This document shows, in pieces, positions 1 through 10,649 of a DNA stretch of 64,000 nucleotides. The notes beneath the pieces were generated by a model, which saw nothing but the letters and a program-made list of their open reading frames with translations, made no database searches and was not told the DNA's origin. A program made the position numbers and the translations under genes. Position 1 is the stretch's first letter; each line of letters opens with the position of its first letter. The stretch is taken from assembly GCA_013166775.1 (NCBI GenBank), contig JABLTJ010000001.1, positions 224,009-288,008 of the forward strand, in the 5' to 3' direction. This DNA is from Promethearchaeati archaeon. Lineage in GTDB: Archaea; Asgardarchaeota; Heimdallarchaeia; Heimdallarchaeales; Heimdallarchaeaceae.

Positions 1-218
1 TTATTTTGCATATTCTTACCTGGATAAATGCGAAGTATCAAATGATCTACTTTTTTCTGCCCTTCTTCTTGGTAGCTGAAAACAAAAGAAAATAGTTCTG
101 TTTCCCACCCTTTTGCAAGTGATTTCACATCTGAAATTTCAATATCCTTTTGTGTAAAATGAATCTTTTGAAAATACTTCTCCAGAATCTTCTTCACTCG
201 CAAAACTGATAAGGACAT
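1..218 (-). CDS. Partial (5' part only) aminoglycoside phosphotransferase/choline kinase-like protein
   Basis: Hand translation from ATG at 218: MSLSVLRVKKILEKYF...SLAKGWETELFSF...HLILRIYPG, open to the window edge. GWET...LILRIYP resembles the APH-family N-lobe. Confidence 0.5.
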   Translation of the reverse strand, partial: MSLSVLRVKKILEKYFQKIHFTQKDIEISDVKSLAKGWETELFSFVFSYQEEGQKKVDHLILRIYPGKNMQN

Positions 219-280
219 TTGACAAACAACTCTTAATTACATCTTTAAATATTAAAATAATAGAAAAACATTGTGATAAA

Positions 281-781
281 ATGAAATTAATAGTTTCAAG
301 AAATGATGATACTTGGAGTGGTATTCTTCTTAACCAAGGAAAATTGTTCTATACTGCAAGTTCCTTTAAAAGCAAAGATGAAGCCATCTCTCGTTTATCA
401 AAGATTGCAGATGTTGAAGTGGAAATAGAGGAGAGAACCCATCCCATTATAGAAGCAATGAATGGTATTGTTAATGGTACATCATTCGATTTACCTGAAA
501 TTGAATTCGACTTTAGTGGTTTTACAGAGAAAGAAATATCTGTTTTAAAGGAACTTCTCAAAGTGCCTGCAGGTGAAATAGTATCTTATGGGGAATTAGC
601 AAAAAGAGTTGGTATATCCCATGGTGCTCGCTTTGTTGGAAATGTAATGATGAAGAATAGATTCGGCCCTATCGTCCCTTGTCATCGTGTTATACGATCA
701 AATGGAGATTTAGGAAAATTTGCAGGAAGATTACACCACCCCTTGAAAGAGCAGTATCTAAAACAAGAAAAGGCTATTTAG
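281..781 (+). CDS. ogt: Methylated-DNA--protein-cysteine methyltransferase (MGMT)
   Basis: SYGELA, ARFVG and the active-site motif VPCHRV. Confidence 0.93.
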   Translation: MKLIVSRNDDTWSGILLNQGKLFYTASSFKSKDEAISRLSKIADVEVEIEERTHPIIEAMNGIVNGTSFDLPEIEFDFSGFTEKEISVLKELLKVPAGEIVSYGELAKRVGISHGARFVGNVMMKNRFGPIVPCHRVIRSNGDLGKFAGRLHHPLKEQYLKQEKAI

Positions 782-796
782 AACATCTCAAGACTC

Positions 797-1603
797 TTAG
801 CTGCTCAATTTTTTCTCTATTTTGTTTGTAATTTCCAGGAATATTTTTTCACTTTCCTCATCTACAAGAACAGCGGGTTTACCCACATCACCCGCAACAC
901 AGATTGCAGGAATCAAAGGTACTGCTCCAAGAAATTCTATTGAAAGTTCTTCAGCTATGTTCTTTCCTCCGTCTTTCTTGAAGATATTAGTTGTTTCACC
1001 ACAATGAGGACATACAAATCCAGACATATTTTCAACAATTCCTATAACAGGAGTATTTGCAACCTCTGCAAAATTAATTGATTTTGTAATATCTAGAAGA
1101 GAAACTTGTTGAGGTGTAGTTACTACAACCATACCATCTAAGTCTTTAATGGTTTGAACAATTGAAAGCGGTTCATCTGAACTTCCTGGAGGAAGATCAA
1201 CTATTAGAAAATCCAATTTTCCCCACTCAACATCAGCTATTAGTTGTTTAAGAGCTTTGATTTTCATAGGTCCTCTCCAGATTATTGCTTTACTCTTGTC
1301 TTCAAGAAGAAATTCCATAGAAACAATCTTGACACCATGAGCTTCTATTGGGATGATTTTATTATCTTCTGATGTTAATTGCTCAAATTCTGCTCCAAAC
1401 ATTAAAGGTATATTCGGACCTGTAATATCAGCATCGAGAACACCAACTGCTAATCCTTTATTGGCTAGTGTTTGTGCAATATTAACGCTGACGGTAGTTT
1501 TACCAGTCCCTCCTTTTCCAGATAAAACTGCAATTTTATGTTTTATCTTTGAAAGTGTTTCTTGAATCCTCTTGAGTTCTTCTTTCTGTATATCGGTTTG
1601 CAT
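797..1603 (-). CDS. Mrp/NBP35 (ApbC) Fe-S cluster carrier ATPase
   Basis: SGKGGTGKTT, DADITGPNIP, WRGPM, DLPPG, ENMSGFVCPHC; upstream GGTGAGG RBS. Confidence 0.95.
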   Translation of the reverse strand: MQTDIQKEELKRIQETLSKIKHKIAVLSGKGGTGKTTVSVNIAQTLANKGLAVGVLDADITGPNIPLMFGAEFEQLTSEDNKIIPIEAHGVKIVSMEFLLEDKSKAIIWRGPMKIKALKQLIADVEWGKLDFLIVDLPPGSSDEPLSIVQTIKDLDGMVVVTTPQQVSLLDITKSINFAEVANTPVIGIVENMSGFVCPHCGETTNIFKKDGGKNIAEELSIEFLGAVPLIPAICVAGDVGKPAVLVDEESEKIFLEITNKIEKKLSS

Positions 1604-1752
1604 TTCCTCACCTTCTACTAGTGATTTGTATATTCTAATATGCTTAAAAATTCAGTGATATAATAGTCATTTCATGTTTTTGGATAAACACTTTTAAATC
1701 GTTTCGATTTTCTTATTCTGTAATTCGAAGAGACGCATAAAGTGAATCTACA

Positions 1753-3096
1753 ATGAGTGAAAAAGAATATGATATAGTAATTATAGGTGCTGGATTATTC
1801 GGAATGGCAACAGCTTATCATTTAATAGAAGAGAATAATGAATTAAAGATTCTAGTTGTTGATAAAGCATCAATGGCAGGTGCGGGAAATACCGCTCAAT
1901 CTGCTGCAATGTATCGTGATACATTCTCTTCAGAAGTGAATTTATTATTAAGTAGTTCAACCAGAGATTTCTTCAGGCATATACAAAACGATCTGGGGAT
2001 TGAATTATCTCTCAAAGATATCAAATATTTGTGGTTAATGGATAGAGAACAATTTGAGCATAACAAAACAGCAGTAGAAACCATGTTGAATAATAATTTA
2101 AGGATTGAAATTCTAGAGAAAGATGATATCGAAAGAAAAATACCAGAATTAGTTACTAATTTTGATGAAAATGAAGATGCACAGATGCTTGGATTAAAAA
2201 ACATTGATTACGCAATTCTTGGTTATGATTGTGGTGAACTAGATGCTGATAAAATTACCCGAGATTTTTATGAAAATGAATACAAGAGACTAGGCGGAGA
2301 CGTATTATACTCAACAAAAGTCACTAAATTCATACTTGAACCAGTAGGTGAAAAACTTGGAATCCCAGGCGAGCCAGTAGGTTGGCAGAAAAAGAAAATT
2401 GGATTTGTGGAAACAGAAAAGGGTGAATTACTGAAAGCAGATACATTCATCATTGCTACTGGTGCATGGGCAAATGAATTATTGTTACCTTTAGGTGTGG
2501 ATAGCCATACAATGCCTCTAAAAAAATCATTGTTCAGAGTTCAACATTCAAGACTCGCTGGTTTACTTAACAATGAAAACTTCAATGAAGAAAAGACAAT
2601 TCCATTCATTATTTTTCCAATGTATGGAATACACATGAAACCTGTAAAATACAATGACAGTATTTGGATAGGCGGGGGTAATGTTATCGGTAAACCGTTT
2701 GAGATGACTAATCCAAGAGATATAACAAAAGATGATAATCCTCTGGATAGTACAGAAGCAGATCCTCGAAAATATGAGTATGATCTCTACCTTATGCTGT
2801 CTGAATATCTGCCCGTGTTAAAAGATCTCCCACTCACAAACTGCTGGGCAGGTTTTTACGCTATGAATACAATAGATAAAAATCCTGTAGTTTTCAAACC
2901 TGATGGAATTCAGGGTTTACTTGTTGTTACTTCTGGTTCAGGTAGCGGAATAATGAAAGCAGATGCTGTTGGAAGAATAGCTGAAGCTCTCTACAGAGAT
3001 CAGAAATATGCAGAATTATTTGGTGGAACTAAATTCAAAGTTTCGAGATTAGGATTAAAAGAAAGAAATGTAGACAAAGAATATTTTGTAATTTAA
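1753..3096 (+). CDS. FAD-dependent oxidoreductase, DAO/sarcosine oxidase beta-like
   Basis: N-terminal IIGAGLFG dinucleotide motif, ATGAWA, WAGFY, SGSGIM. Confidence 0.85.
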   Translation: MSEKEYDIVIIGAGLFGMATAYHLIEENNELKILVVDKASMAGAGNTAQSAAMYRDTFSSEVNLLLSSSTRDFFRHIQNDLGIELSLKDIKYLWLMDREQFEHNKTAVETMLNNNLRIEILEKDDIERKIPELVTNFDENEDAQMLGLKNIDYAILGYDCGELDADKITRDFYENEYKRLGGDVLYSTKVTKFILEPVGEKLGIPGEPVGWQKKKIGFVETEKGELLKADTFIIATGAWANELLLPLGVDSHTMPLKKSLFRVQHSRLAGLLNNENFNEEKTIPFIIFPMYGIHMKPVKYNDSIWIGGGNVIGKPFEMTNPRDITKDDNPLDSTEADPRKYEYDLYLMLSEYLPVLKDLPLTNCWAGFYAMNTIDKNPVVFKPDGIQGLLVVTSGSGSGIMKADAVGRIAEALYRDQKYAELFGGTKFKVSRLGLKERNVDKEYFVI

Positions 3097-3154
3097 TAAA
3101 ATATTCTCTCCTTTTCATCCAATGAAAACAACAAAAATAAAGACAAGGAAATAT

Positions 3155-3838
3155 TTAATTTCCATTTTGAAGGTTATCAAATTCTTCTTCAATATGAGAG
3201 ATTTTGATTCCTAAACTATCCATGAGCTGGAAGCACCAACCCAACCAGACATTAACGAAACCCATTGCACCTGCATCAACTACTCCAGCTTCCTTTAATA
3301 CTGGAAGAAGGTTAGGAGTGTTTTCTAGTGATACAACAGCTGTTTTATAAGTTTCTGAAATCATTTCTTTCCAATCGCCACCTTTATCGGCAATTGATTT
3401 TGCTTTTGCAGCAGTATCTTTGATTACTGTAAGAATAGTTCCTTCAGTTGGATGAAGAACAGCTTCATAAGACCATTCACAACCAGCTTCAAGAGCTTTT
3501 GCGAATTCCTCGATTCCTACTTCTTGGTGATCTTCAATTTCTGCACTGAATCCTTGAAAGAACTGAGAAATTATAACACCAGAATTTCCTTTAGCTCCAA
3601 GAAAGCTCCCTTTAGTAATTAATTGCGCTGCTTCTTGAATGGATGAGGGATTAATTTCATCAAATTGCTCGACAACAGTTCGCATTGTTAAAAAGAGGTT
3701 AACGCCTGTATCTCCATCTGGTATAGGAAAAACGTTAATTTCATTGAGATGCTCTTTAGTCTGTTCGAGATTACTAGCAGCACTGATCATCATTTTTTTG
3801 AGTGTAAGTCCATCAATCTTAGAGTTCGGTAACATCAT
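3155..3838 (-). CDS. Stand-alone DAK2-domain protein (FakA/YloV N-terminal kinase domain)
   Basis: LNEINVFPIPDGDTGVNL, GAKGNSGVI, EGTILTV, GVVDAGA. Confidence 0.9.
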   Translation of the reverse strand: MMLPNSKIDGLTLKKMMISAASNLEQTKEHLNEINVFPIPDGDTGVNLFLTMRTVVEQFDEINPSSIQEAAQLITKGSFLGAKGNSGVIISQFFQGFSAEIEDHQEVGIEEFAKALEAGCEWSYEAVLHPTEGTILTVIKDTAAKAKSIADKGGDWKEMISETYKTAVVSLENTPNLLPVLKEAGVVDAGAMGFVNVWLGWCFQLMDSLGIKISHIEEEFDNLQNGN

Positions 3839-4130
3839 TTAATTAGCCCCATTTTGTCTTCGTATGATATAATCTATTCCGCATATTATTTCTGCCAAAG
3901 CAGTATTTAATGGTTCCGTGTTTTCATGAACAAAGAATATTTGTACATATAAACACAATTCCACTAATCCGTAATCACTCTCGTGAAAAACGTTTAAAAA
4001 ATTATCCTTTGTGCTTATTATATCTTCAGAGAATATTGTTTTCTCGAGAAATAGGGAAAATGAGAAAAAAAGAAATTTCTGCATTTTTATAAATTTTCTA
4101 TATAGCTTTCTTGTATTTTTAGTCTAATTT

Positions 4131-7064
4131 CTACTCAAGTAGTAAGGCAGGTTTCATTGGTCTAGATTTTTGAGATTTGTTTTGCGGATCATATATATCT
4201 TTGTCATCTGATAGATGTATTAGTATTTCTGCATTCTCGAATCTACTGCTGATAAATTCTCTATATCCTAAAATTGCACTTTCTTGATCTTTTGCATTCA
4301 GCATTTCAATCCTGAAAATTGTAGGATCCCTTAACATCAGTTTTGCTTCATCAGCTATCTCTTTTATGTATTTGTTTAGTTTGTCACTCTCTTTAGCTGA
4401 TGCCATTATCTTACCTATTTGCACTGCTTCATCTTTGAAGATATTTTTAGCAAGTTCGTATAGATCATTCTTCCAATCTGCGTTGATATATATGTGAACC
4501 TTCTTTGGTTTGGTTTTGACTAATTTCACGATTTGATCAATATCATTTATCAGATCTGTCATGTACTTTGCTTGTAAAGCATATAGTATATCTTTATTAT
4601 CAATCTCAATATCGGGTATTTGTTTAAGAGAAATATAGTCTTTATTTCCCATTCTTTCATTCAATTCCTCGCTAATATGAGGAATTGCAGGTGCCATGGT
4701 CACTACCATAATTTCGATAATTTCTCGTAATGCTGCTTTTTTCTCTGCTTCTGGCAAATGCTCTGCAAATTTGTGATACTCATCAATTACTCTGATGTTT
4801 GAATAGTATCCTTCTAAGATATATTCTCGAGCACTGAACCGCTCGATTGCTTCATTTGCTTTGCTTAAATTCGCTTTTACTGATGCAATGAATACCTTAG
4901 AAAGGAAGGAATATTCAACTTTCTCGTTTAGAGAGATATTGGTTACGCTCAAGGCATATTCCCAGAATTTTCTTAATCTTTGAAGTGCGAAATTCACTTC
5001 CTCTTCTTTCCACTCAAGAACAGTTTCAGGTGTAGCAATAGATGCTAGATGCAATCTTGTTAAGTCAACACTATATTTGTTTGGAACTTGTGCAATAGGG
5101 ATAACATTTGGTTTACTCTTACTCATAGCTTCTCCATCACGACTCAACATTTCATTTAATGAGTAAGCAGGCAACCAATATTTCTCAGGAAAAACTGCAG
5201 CGTGATGAAATATAGCGAACGATAAGTGATTAGATATATGATGAACAGCTGTATGTCTAAGATCGTTAGGATACCAATATTCAAATTCATTTTTCATCAG
5301 ATCTAATGTTTGCTTAGATACTCCAGTACTGTTACTTACTTCTTTGATACTTCCTTTTGACAGGAATACATAATCAAATAATTCTGGTTTTAACTGCTCG
5401 GGTTGTATTTTATTTTCCTTTATGAGTCTGATAATTGTATAATATGCCATATAAATAACTGAATCACTCAACGATTCTATTATCCAACCTTCACCTTTTG
5501 TGAAAGGAAATTCTGTTCCTAGTCCTCTTCTTCTGACACAAGGTCTCTTATCTAACCAATCAAATGTATTTTCAAAGCTTAGCCTATACTTATCTGGAGT
5601 AATGAACATCTGATTTAATGCTTTGAATGCTTTTTCTTTCCATTCAGGATTACCATAATTTAGGAAATACTGGTTTTGAATTACTGCAACAATGATCTGA
5701 CCTCCACATCTGCAAAAAGCTTTAGTTGAAGGCTCGTAAATTGGTGTAGCTAAGTTTATCTCATATAGAGTGTCCGCAACTTTGTTCTTAGCTTCTTCTA
5801 CTTTCAATCCTACATAGTCTCCAGTATTACTTTTCATAACGCCGGAATAATATTCATCCTTGTATATTGTTTGAGTTGCTTCCTCTAGTTTATCTCTGTC
5901 TTCTTGAGATTTGACTCCTAGTTTCTGGCATATTTCAACAGCAGGAAATTCTCCATAACCCTTTACTTCTATAAGAGAAATTGGTTCAATTTGTTTCAGA
6001 TTTTCAGAATTTAAATTATACTTAGAAATTGTTTTTTCATCTTTCTGCAAATCGACAATTGCTGCGCAATCATAAGGAGCATGCCCAGGAACACTATATA
6101 CTACACCTGTTGCATGATTTGTGTCAACAAAAACGGCAGGATATACAGGTATTTTTCTTCCTGTTATTGGAACTTCTACATATACATCTAATAACTCTTC
6201 ACCCTTCAATTCACTCTTAATTTTAATCTCATGATTCTGTTCTAATAACTTCATGGTGGCTTCTTTTGAAACAATCCATATTTCTCCATCAATAGAGATC
6301 TCATTATAACTTGCTTTAGGGTGTATCCAAATATTGGTGGCACCAAATATTGTTTCAGGTCGAAGAGTTGCAGCAACAAGGAAGATATTGTTATCAAGTT
6401 TGAACTTAATGCCAACAAATTCATTAACTTCTACATTAAGTTCATCCCCATCTTGTATATCATCCTCTCCAACAGCATTCTTGTCATTTACACACCATAA
6501 AATTGGATAATCTCCCTGTACTATCAGATTTTTATTATTTAGTATAGAATATTGCCATTCAATGAATTTGTTATATTCCGGATCACCTGTTGTGAATTGC
6601 CTGGTAGTATCAAGTGAATATCCCATTCCTAAGAAATCTTGGATGATTTTTTCGGCAAAATAATTAGCAACATTTTCTGGTTCTACAAAGGAAGAGACTA
6701 CTTCATCAATTCTCTCTATAGTACTTTCATAATATGAGATAAAACCTCTCATTTTTTCCCATTCTTTCTCATCATTATTTTTAATTTTCCAAGATACTGC
6801 GAGAACTGGAGTTCCAGTTATATGAAAGCCCATTGGCCATAGAACATTGTATCCTTTTTGTCTTTTGAATCTTGCAAATATGTCTCCTAATCCATAAGTT
6901 CTGGCATGTCCTATATGAAGAGGAGAAGTTGCATAGGGATACGATACTGTTAGAAACCATTTTGGTTTTGAGCTGTCTACATTTGCGATAAAAATTTCAT
7001 CTTCTTGCCATTTCTTCTGCCATTTTTTCTCTATTTTTCGAATTTCATCTAGAAAAGACACCAT
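4131..7064 (-). CDS. leuS: Leucine--tRNA ligase, archaeal/eukaryotic type
   Basis: HIGH, editing motif ATLRPET, AMSKS (KMSKS variant), ESLSDS, C-terminal PMKPAL. Confidence 0.96.
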   Translation of the reverse strand: MVSFLDEIRKIEKKWQKKWQEDEIFIANVDSSKPKWFLTVSYPYATSPLHIGHARTYGLGDIFARFKRQKGYNVLWPMGFHITGTPVLAVSWKIKNNDEKEWEKMRGFISYYESTIERIDEVVSSFVEPENVANYFAEKIIQDFLGMGYSLDTTRQFTTGDPEYNKFIEWQYSILNNKNLIVQGDYPILWCVNDKNAVGEDDIQDGDELNVEVNEFVGIKFKLDNNIFLVAATLRPETIFGATNIWIHPKASYNEISIDGEIWIVSKEATMKLLEQNHEIKIKSELKGEELLDVYVEVPITGRKIPVYPAVFVDTNHATGVVYSVPGHAPYDCAAIVDLQKDEKTISKYNLNSENLKQIEPISLIEVKGYGEFPAVEICQKLGVKSQEDRDKLEEATQTIYKDEYYSGVMKSNTGDYVGLKVEEAKNKVADTLYEINLATPIYEPSTKAFCRCGGQIIVAVIQNQYFLNYGNPEWKEKAFKALNQMFITPDKYRLSFENTFDWLDKRPCVRRRGLGTEFPFTKGEGWIIESLSDSVIYMAYYTIIRLIKENKIQPEQLKPELFDYVFLSKGSIKEVSNSTGVSKQTLDLMKNEFEYWYPNDLRHTAVHHISNHLSFAIFHHAAVFPEKYWLPAYSLNEMLSRDGEAMSKSKPNVIPIAQVPNKYSVDLTRLHLASIATPETVLEWKEEEVNFALQRLRKFWEYALSVTNISLNEKVEYSFLSKVFIASVKANLSKANEAIERFSAREYILEGYYSNIRVIDEYHKFAEHLPEAEKKAALREIIEIMVVTMAPAIPHISEELNERMGNKDYISLKQIPDIEIDNKDILYALQAKYMTDLINDIDQIVKLVKTKPKKVHIYINADWKNDLYELAKNIFKDEAVQIGKIMASAKESDKLNKYIKEIADEAKLMLRDPTIFRIEMLNAKDQESAILGYREFISSRFENAEILIHLSDDKDIYDPQNKSQKSRPMKPALLLE

Positions 7065-7327
7065 TTACATCTCCTTGAATTGTGTTTTTTTCTTGTGCTC
7101 TGAAACAGCTTCTATAATTATGTTTTGAAAAGCTAAAGTAATCAATAAAAGACTTGTCTACTGACATAATAATGCTGTTAAAAACACAAGAAACCTGGAA
7201 ACCACTAAAATAGCTTTCCTTCTTATCTTGAAAGAAGAACACGATACCCCATTTTGGTTTCCTCAATATACAGGTGATTGTAGCATTTATTAATATTTTC
7301 TAATTTGTTAAAAACAAATCTTACAGA

Positions 7328-8416
7328 TTAATCATGTAATATTGATTTAAAAACCAAGTATTTTTCAACCAAAACTGTCATTTCTTCTTCAGTCATATTT
7401 GGATTTAAGTCAGCTAATATGTTTTTGATTCCTTGTTTAACGTATGCTGTAGGATTTTTACAACTAATTAAACAAATGAAGTTATCATGTTCCTCAATAA
7501 TTAAAGAATAAACTCCTAAATCGATTTCTTTGGGAAAAACTTCTTTACCAATCAGTTCTCCAGCGAAAGAAGAAAAAGCTCTTGTAATGCTTGGTATCAT
7601 CATTCCCTCCAAACCTGATCCTTTTTGAAGTGATGCTGAATAAACAACATAGCCATCTTTGTTATAAATAAAAATTGAGGATATTTCAGATGAGTAATAA
7701 AAAGCTTCAACTCCACCAAGGTAAATTGAATAACTCATAAGAAGAGCTCCCACAGCTACTGAAATTAATTCCATATGGAGCAAAACTATTTCGTTCGTAA
7801 TTGCGAAGATTACTTTTCTTACTATGTAGATAATAATACTGGCAAAATAAGCAATAATCACACCCACAATCATAACTAATAATGTTTTTCTATGGTTTTT
7901 TTCTAAGAACAAAATCTGTCTTATCAGGTAACCGAGTAAAACTGAACCTGCAAAAATAACTAGAAATCCATCAAAGAAAATCCACACATAACCAGTATTA
8001 GCTATATAGAAATCCAGTTTACCAGAAGTGACCTCTTGTAAAATAATGCTATAATCAGATGACAAAGTTGTACCTACTAACCCTCCAAATAGGAAGAATG
8101 CTATAACAACAAGAGTTGAATTCAATAATTGTCTCGACGTAAGGGTTCTTACAAATAATATTGTAGCAACCATTGCTATCATACTACTAATTGTGTTGAA
8201 TTTTGACAAGAATAATGCAGCACTTTCATTATGGATTTGGCTCACATAAACCAGTATCATATCCCCTATTATCCACAACATGATAAAAACAATTAATGAT
8301 ATGAAATAATAAACAGAGGTTGAGGAAGTTTTTATTTGCTTCATAATTACTAGGATCAAACCAATAATAAGTGCGATGATTGAAAAAATACCTATCCCGT
8401 AAGACACCCAAACCAT
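7328..8416 (-). CDS. Multi-pass (about 7 TM) membrane protein with C-terminal longin/roadblock-like cytoplasmic domain
   Basis: About seven hydrophobic segments, then IFIYNKDGYVVYS...ITRAFSSFAGEL...KEIDLG...LIIEE. Confidence 0.6.
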   Translation of the reverse strand: MVWVSYGIGIFSIIALIIGLILVIMKQIKTSSTSVYYFISLIVFIMLWIIGDMILVYVSQIHNESAALFLSKFNTISSMIAMVATILFVRTLTSRQLLNSTLVVIAFFLFGGLVGTTLSSDYSIILQEVTSGKLDFYIANTGYVWIFFDGFLVIFAGSVLLGYLIRQILFLEKNHRKTLLVMIVGVIIAYFASIIIYIVRKVIFAITNEIVLLHMELISVAVGALLMSYSIYLGGVEAFYYSSEISSIFIYNKDGYVVYSASLQKGSGLEGMMIPSITRAFSSFAGELIGKEVFPKEIDLGVYSLIIEEHDNFICLISCKNPTAYVKQGIKNILADLNPNMTEEEMTVLVEKYLVFKSILHD

Positions 8417-8496
8417 TGAACGAAGTTTCTATTACTTCTTTAAAATATTTACTCAACATTCATGTTATCAGGAAAAAAAGATAAATGAGTGGTGTA

Positions 8497-10416
8497 TTAT
8501 TCATAATTTTCCATTTGCTTGTGAATTTTTTCAATAAGATTCTTTATTTTTACACCGAATTCAACTTTATTTCCTCTCGATCTGACAGCTATAGTTTGTG
8601 CTTCGACTTCCTTGTCTCCAACGTTTATGATATAGGGGATTTTTTGCATAGTAGCCTGACGAATTTTATATTCCATTCTTTCCCCACTTAAATCTGCTTC
8701 AGCACGAATTCCTTCATTTTGAAAATTTAAGGAAACTTGTTTAGCATACTCTATGTGTTCATCAGTTATTGGAATGACAGTAACTTGAATTGGACTTAAC
8801 CAAACTGGTAATTTACCTGCATAATGCTCTATAAGTATAGCTAGGAATCTTTCAGTTGCTCCAAAGATTACCCTATGAATAACAAACGGTCTGTGTTTCT
8901 GTCCATCTTCTCCAATATAGTTTATATCGAATCGATCAGGAAGATTGAAATCTACTTGAATTGTGGCTAGTTGCCATCTTCTTCCTATGGCATCTTTGAC
9001 ATCTACATCTATTTTGGGACCATAAAATACTCCTTCACCAGCTTTAATTTTATATGGCAGATCCAATCTAACTAGAGCATTCTTGAGAGAACTAGTTGCG
9101 TGTTCCCATCCTTCTTCAGTTCCAATCGCTTCTTCTGGTTTGGTGCTTATGAAAAATTCCCAGTCAGTAAAACCAAAAGCTTTGTAGAAATGGTTAATCA
9201 TCTGAATAACATCAACAATCTCATCTTCTAGTTGTTCGGATAACATGAAAAGATGAGCATCATCTTGCGTAAAACTTCTAATTCTGAATAATCCGTGAAG
9301 AGCTCCAGAAAGTTCATATCTATATACAGTCCCCATCTCACCAATTCTGATAGGAAGTTCTTTGTACGAATAGGTACGGCGATTAAAAATCATCATGTGC
9401 CCTGGACAGTTCATAGGTTTCACGTACCATTTTTCTCCTTTCAGATTTACAGGAAACATATTTTCAACGTAATATTCCGTATGACCACTAGTCTGCCAGA
9501 CATTTTCCTTGTAAACATGAGGGGTTTGAACGATTTCGTATCCTGCTTTTTCATGTTCTTTATTCCAAAAATCTCTCATTACTTCCAATATTGCCCTACC
9601 TTTTGGAAAAATAAGTGGCATACCTGGTCCCCATTCATCGGCCGTATCGAATAGATCAAGTTGTCTTCCAATTATGCGATGATCTCTTTTCTTCGCTTCT
9701 TCGAGCATATTAACGTGCTTCCTCAATTCCTTTGGATTGAAGAATGCTACACCATAGACTCTCTGCAGGGATTCTCTATTAGCATCAGCTCGCCAAAATG
9801 CAGCTGAAGCATTAAGTATCTTTATAGCTTTAACTCTCTTTGTTGATGGAACGTGGGGTCCACGACATAAATCTTTGAAAGCTCCATTTCCATGCGAATA
9901 GAAGGAAACTTCTTCCGTTTCCATCTCTTTCAGAATCTCTACTTTGAATTTATTATCTTCTACTTTCTGATAATATTTGATAGCTTCTGCTAAAGACATT
10001 TCTTCTCTTAGAAATTTAGTATCTTCAGCTATTATTTCATCTACTTTTTTTTGAATTCGATCTAAATCCTCCTGAGTAAAAGGCTTTTCAATATAGAAAT
10101 CATAGTAGAAACCAACAGGCTCTATACTTGGTCCTATAGTTGGTCTTGCATTAGGAAATAATTCAACAACTGCTTCAGCCATTATATGTGCTGCACTGTG
10201 ATTAAGTACATGTAATGCTTCTTCTGATTTCTCTGTCAAGATCTCAAAGTCTGCATCATTTTCGATTACATAATGTAAATCTACTAGCTTTCCATTAATT
10301 TTAGCTGCTATGGAAGCATCTGCTAAACCTTGTCCAATTTGCAGTGCTGCATCTCGAACAGTTTTTCCCTTTGAAATTTCTAATATATTTTCATCTGGTA
10401 AAGTTAATTTAACCAT
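8497..10416 (-). CDS. thrS: Threonine--tRNA ligase, bacterial/eukaryotic type (TGS + editing domain)
   Basis: HSAAH, DLCRGPH, KPMNCP, FYGPKID, HRVIFG. Start set at ATG 10416 behind a GGTGA RBS. Confidence 0.96.
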   Translation of the reverse strand: MVKLTLPDENILEISKGKTVRDAALQIGQGLADASIAAKINGKLVDLHYVIENDADFEILTEKSEEALHVLNHSAAHIMAEAVVELFPNARPTIGPSIEPVGFYYDFYIEKPFTQEDLDRIQKKVDEIIAEDTKFLREEMSLAEAIKYYQKVEDNKFKVEILKEMETEEVSFYSHGNGAFKDLCRGPHVPSTKRVKAIKILNASAAFWRADANRESLQRVYGVAFFNPKELRKHVNMLEEAKKRDHRIIGRQLDLFDTADEWGPGMPLIFPKGRAILEVMRDFWNKEHEKAGYEIVQTPHVYKENVWQTSGHTEYYVENMFPVNLKGEKWYVKPMNCPGHMMIFNRRTYSYKELPIRIGEMGTVYRYELSGALHGLFRIRSFTQDDAHLFMLSEQLEDEIVDVIQMINHFYKAFGFTDWEFFISTKPEEAIGTEEGWEHATSSLKNALVRLDLPYKIKAGEGVFYGPKIDVDVKDAIGRRWQLATIQVDFNLPDRFDINYIGEDGQKHRPFVIHRVIFGATERFLAILIEHYAGKLPVWLSPIQVTVIPITDEHIEYAKQVSLNFQNEGIRAEADLSGERMEYKIRQATMQKIPYIINVGDKEVEAQTIAVRSRGNKVEFGVKIKNLIEKIHKQMENYE

Positions 10417-10649
10417 CTTATCACCTGTAAAATTTTTCTCAAGAGGACCGCGCACCTACTTAACAGTAGGGAAATTAAAAAACTGCTATTTAATTGTTTC
10501 ATATTCACCTAGCATTGTCCTCAAACGATTTATCTCAATTTCATTTAAAAAATTTATTACTTGTTCAATTTCCAGAAATTTGATGAAAAGAAGCAAAAAG
10601 TTAATATTATTTTCGTTTTCTTTGGAAACAGAAAATACCTTTTTGTATT

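Noticed and set aside
3839-4092. ORFs 3839-4084 (-) and 3910-4092 (+)
   Set aside because: Low-complexity intergenic sequence with no motif; more likely the promoter/terminator region between leuS and the DAK2 gene.
5120-5140. LeuRS AMSKS instead of KMSKS
   Set aside because: The first position is variable and the catalytic second Lys is intact.
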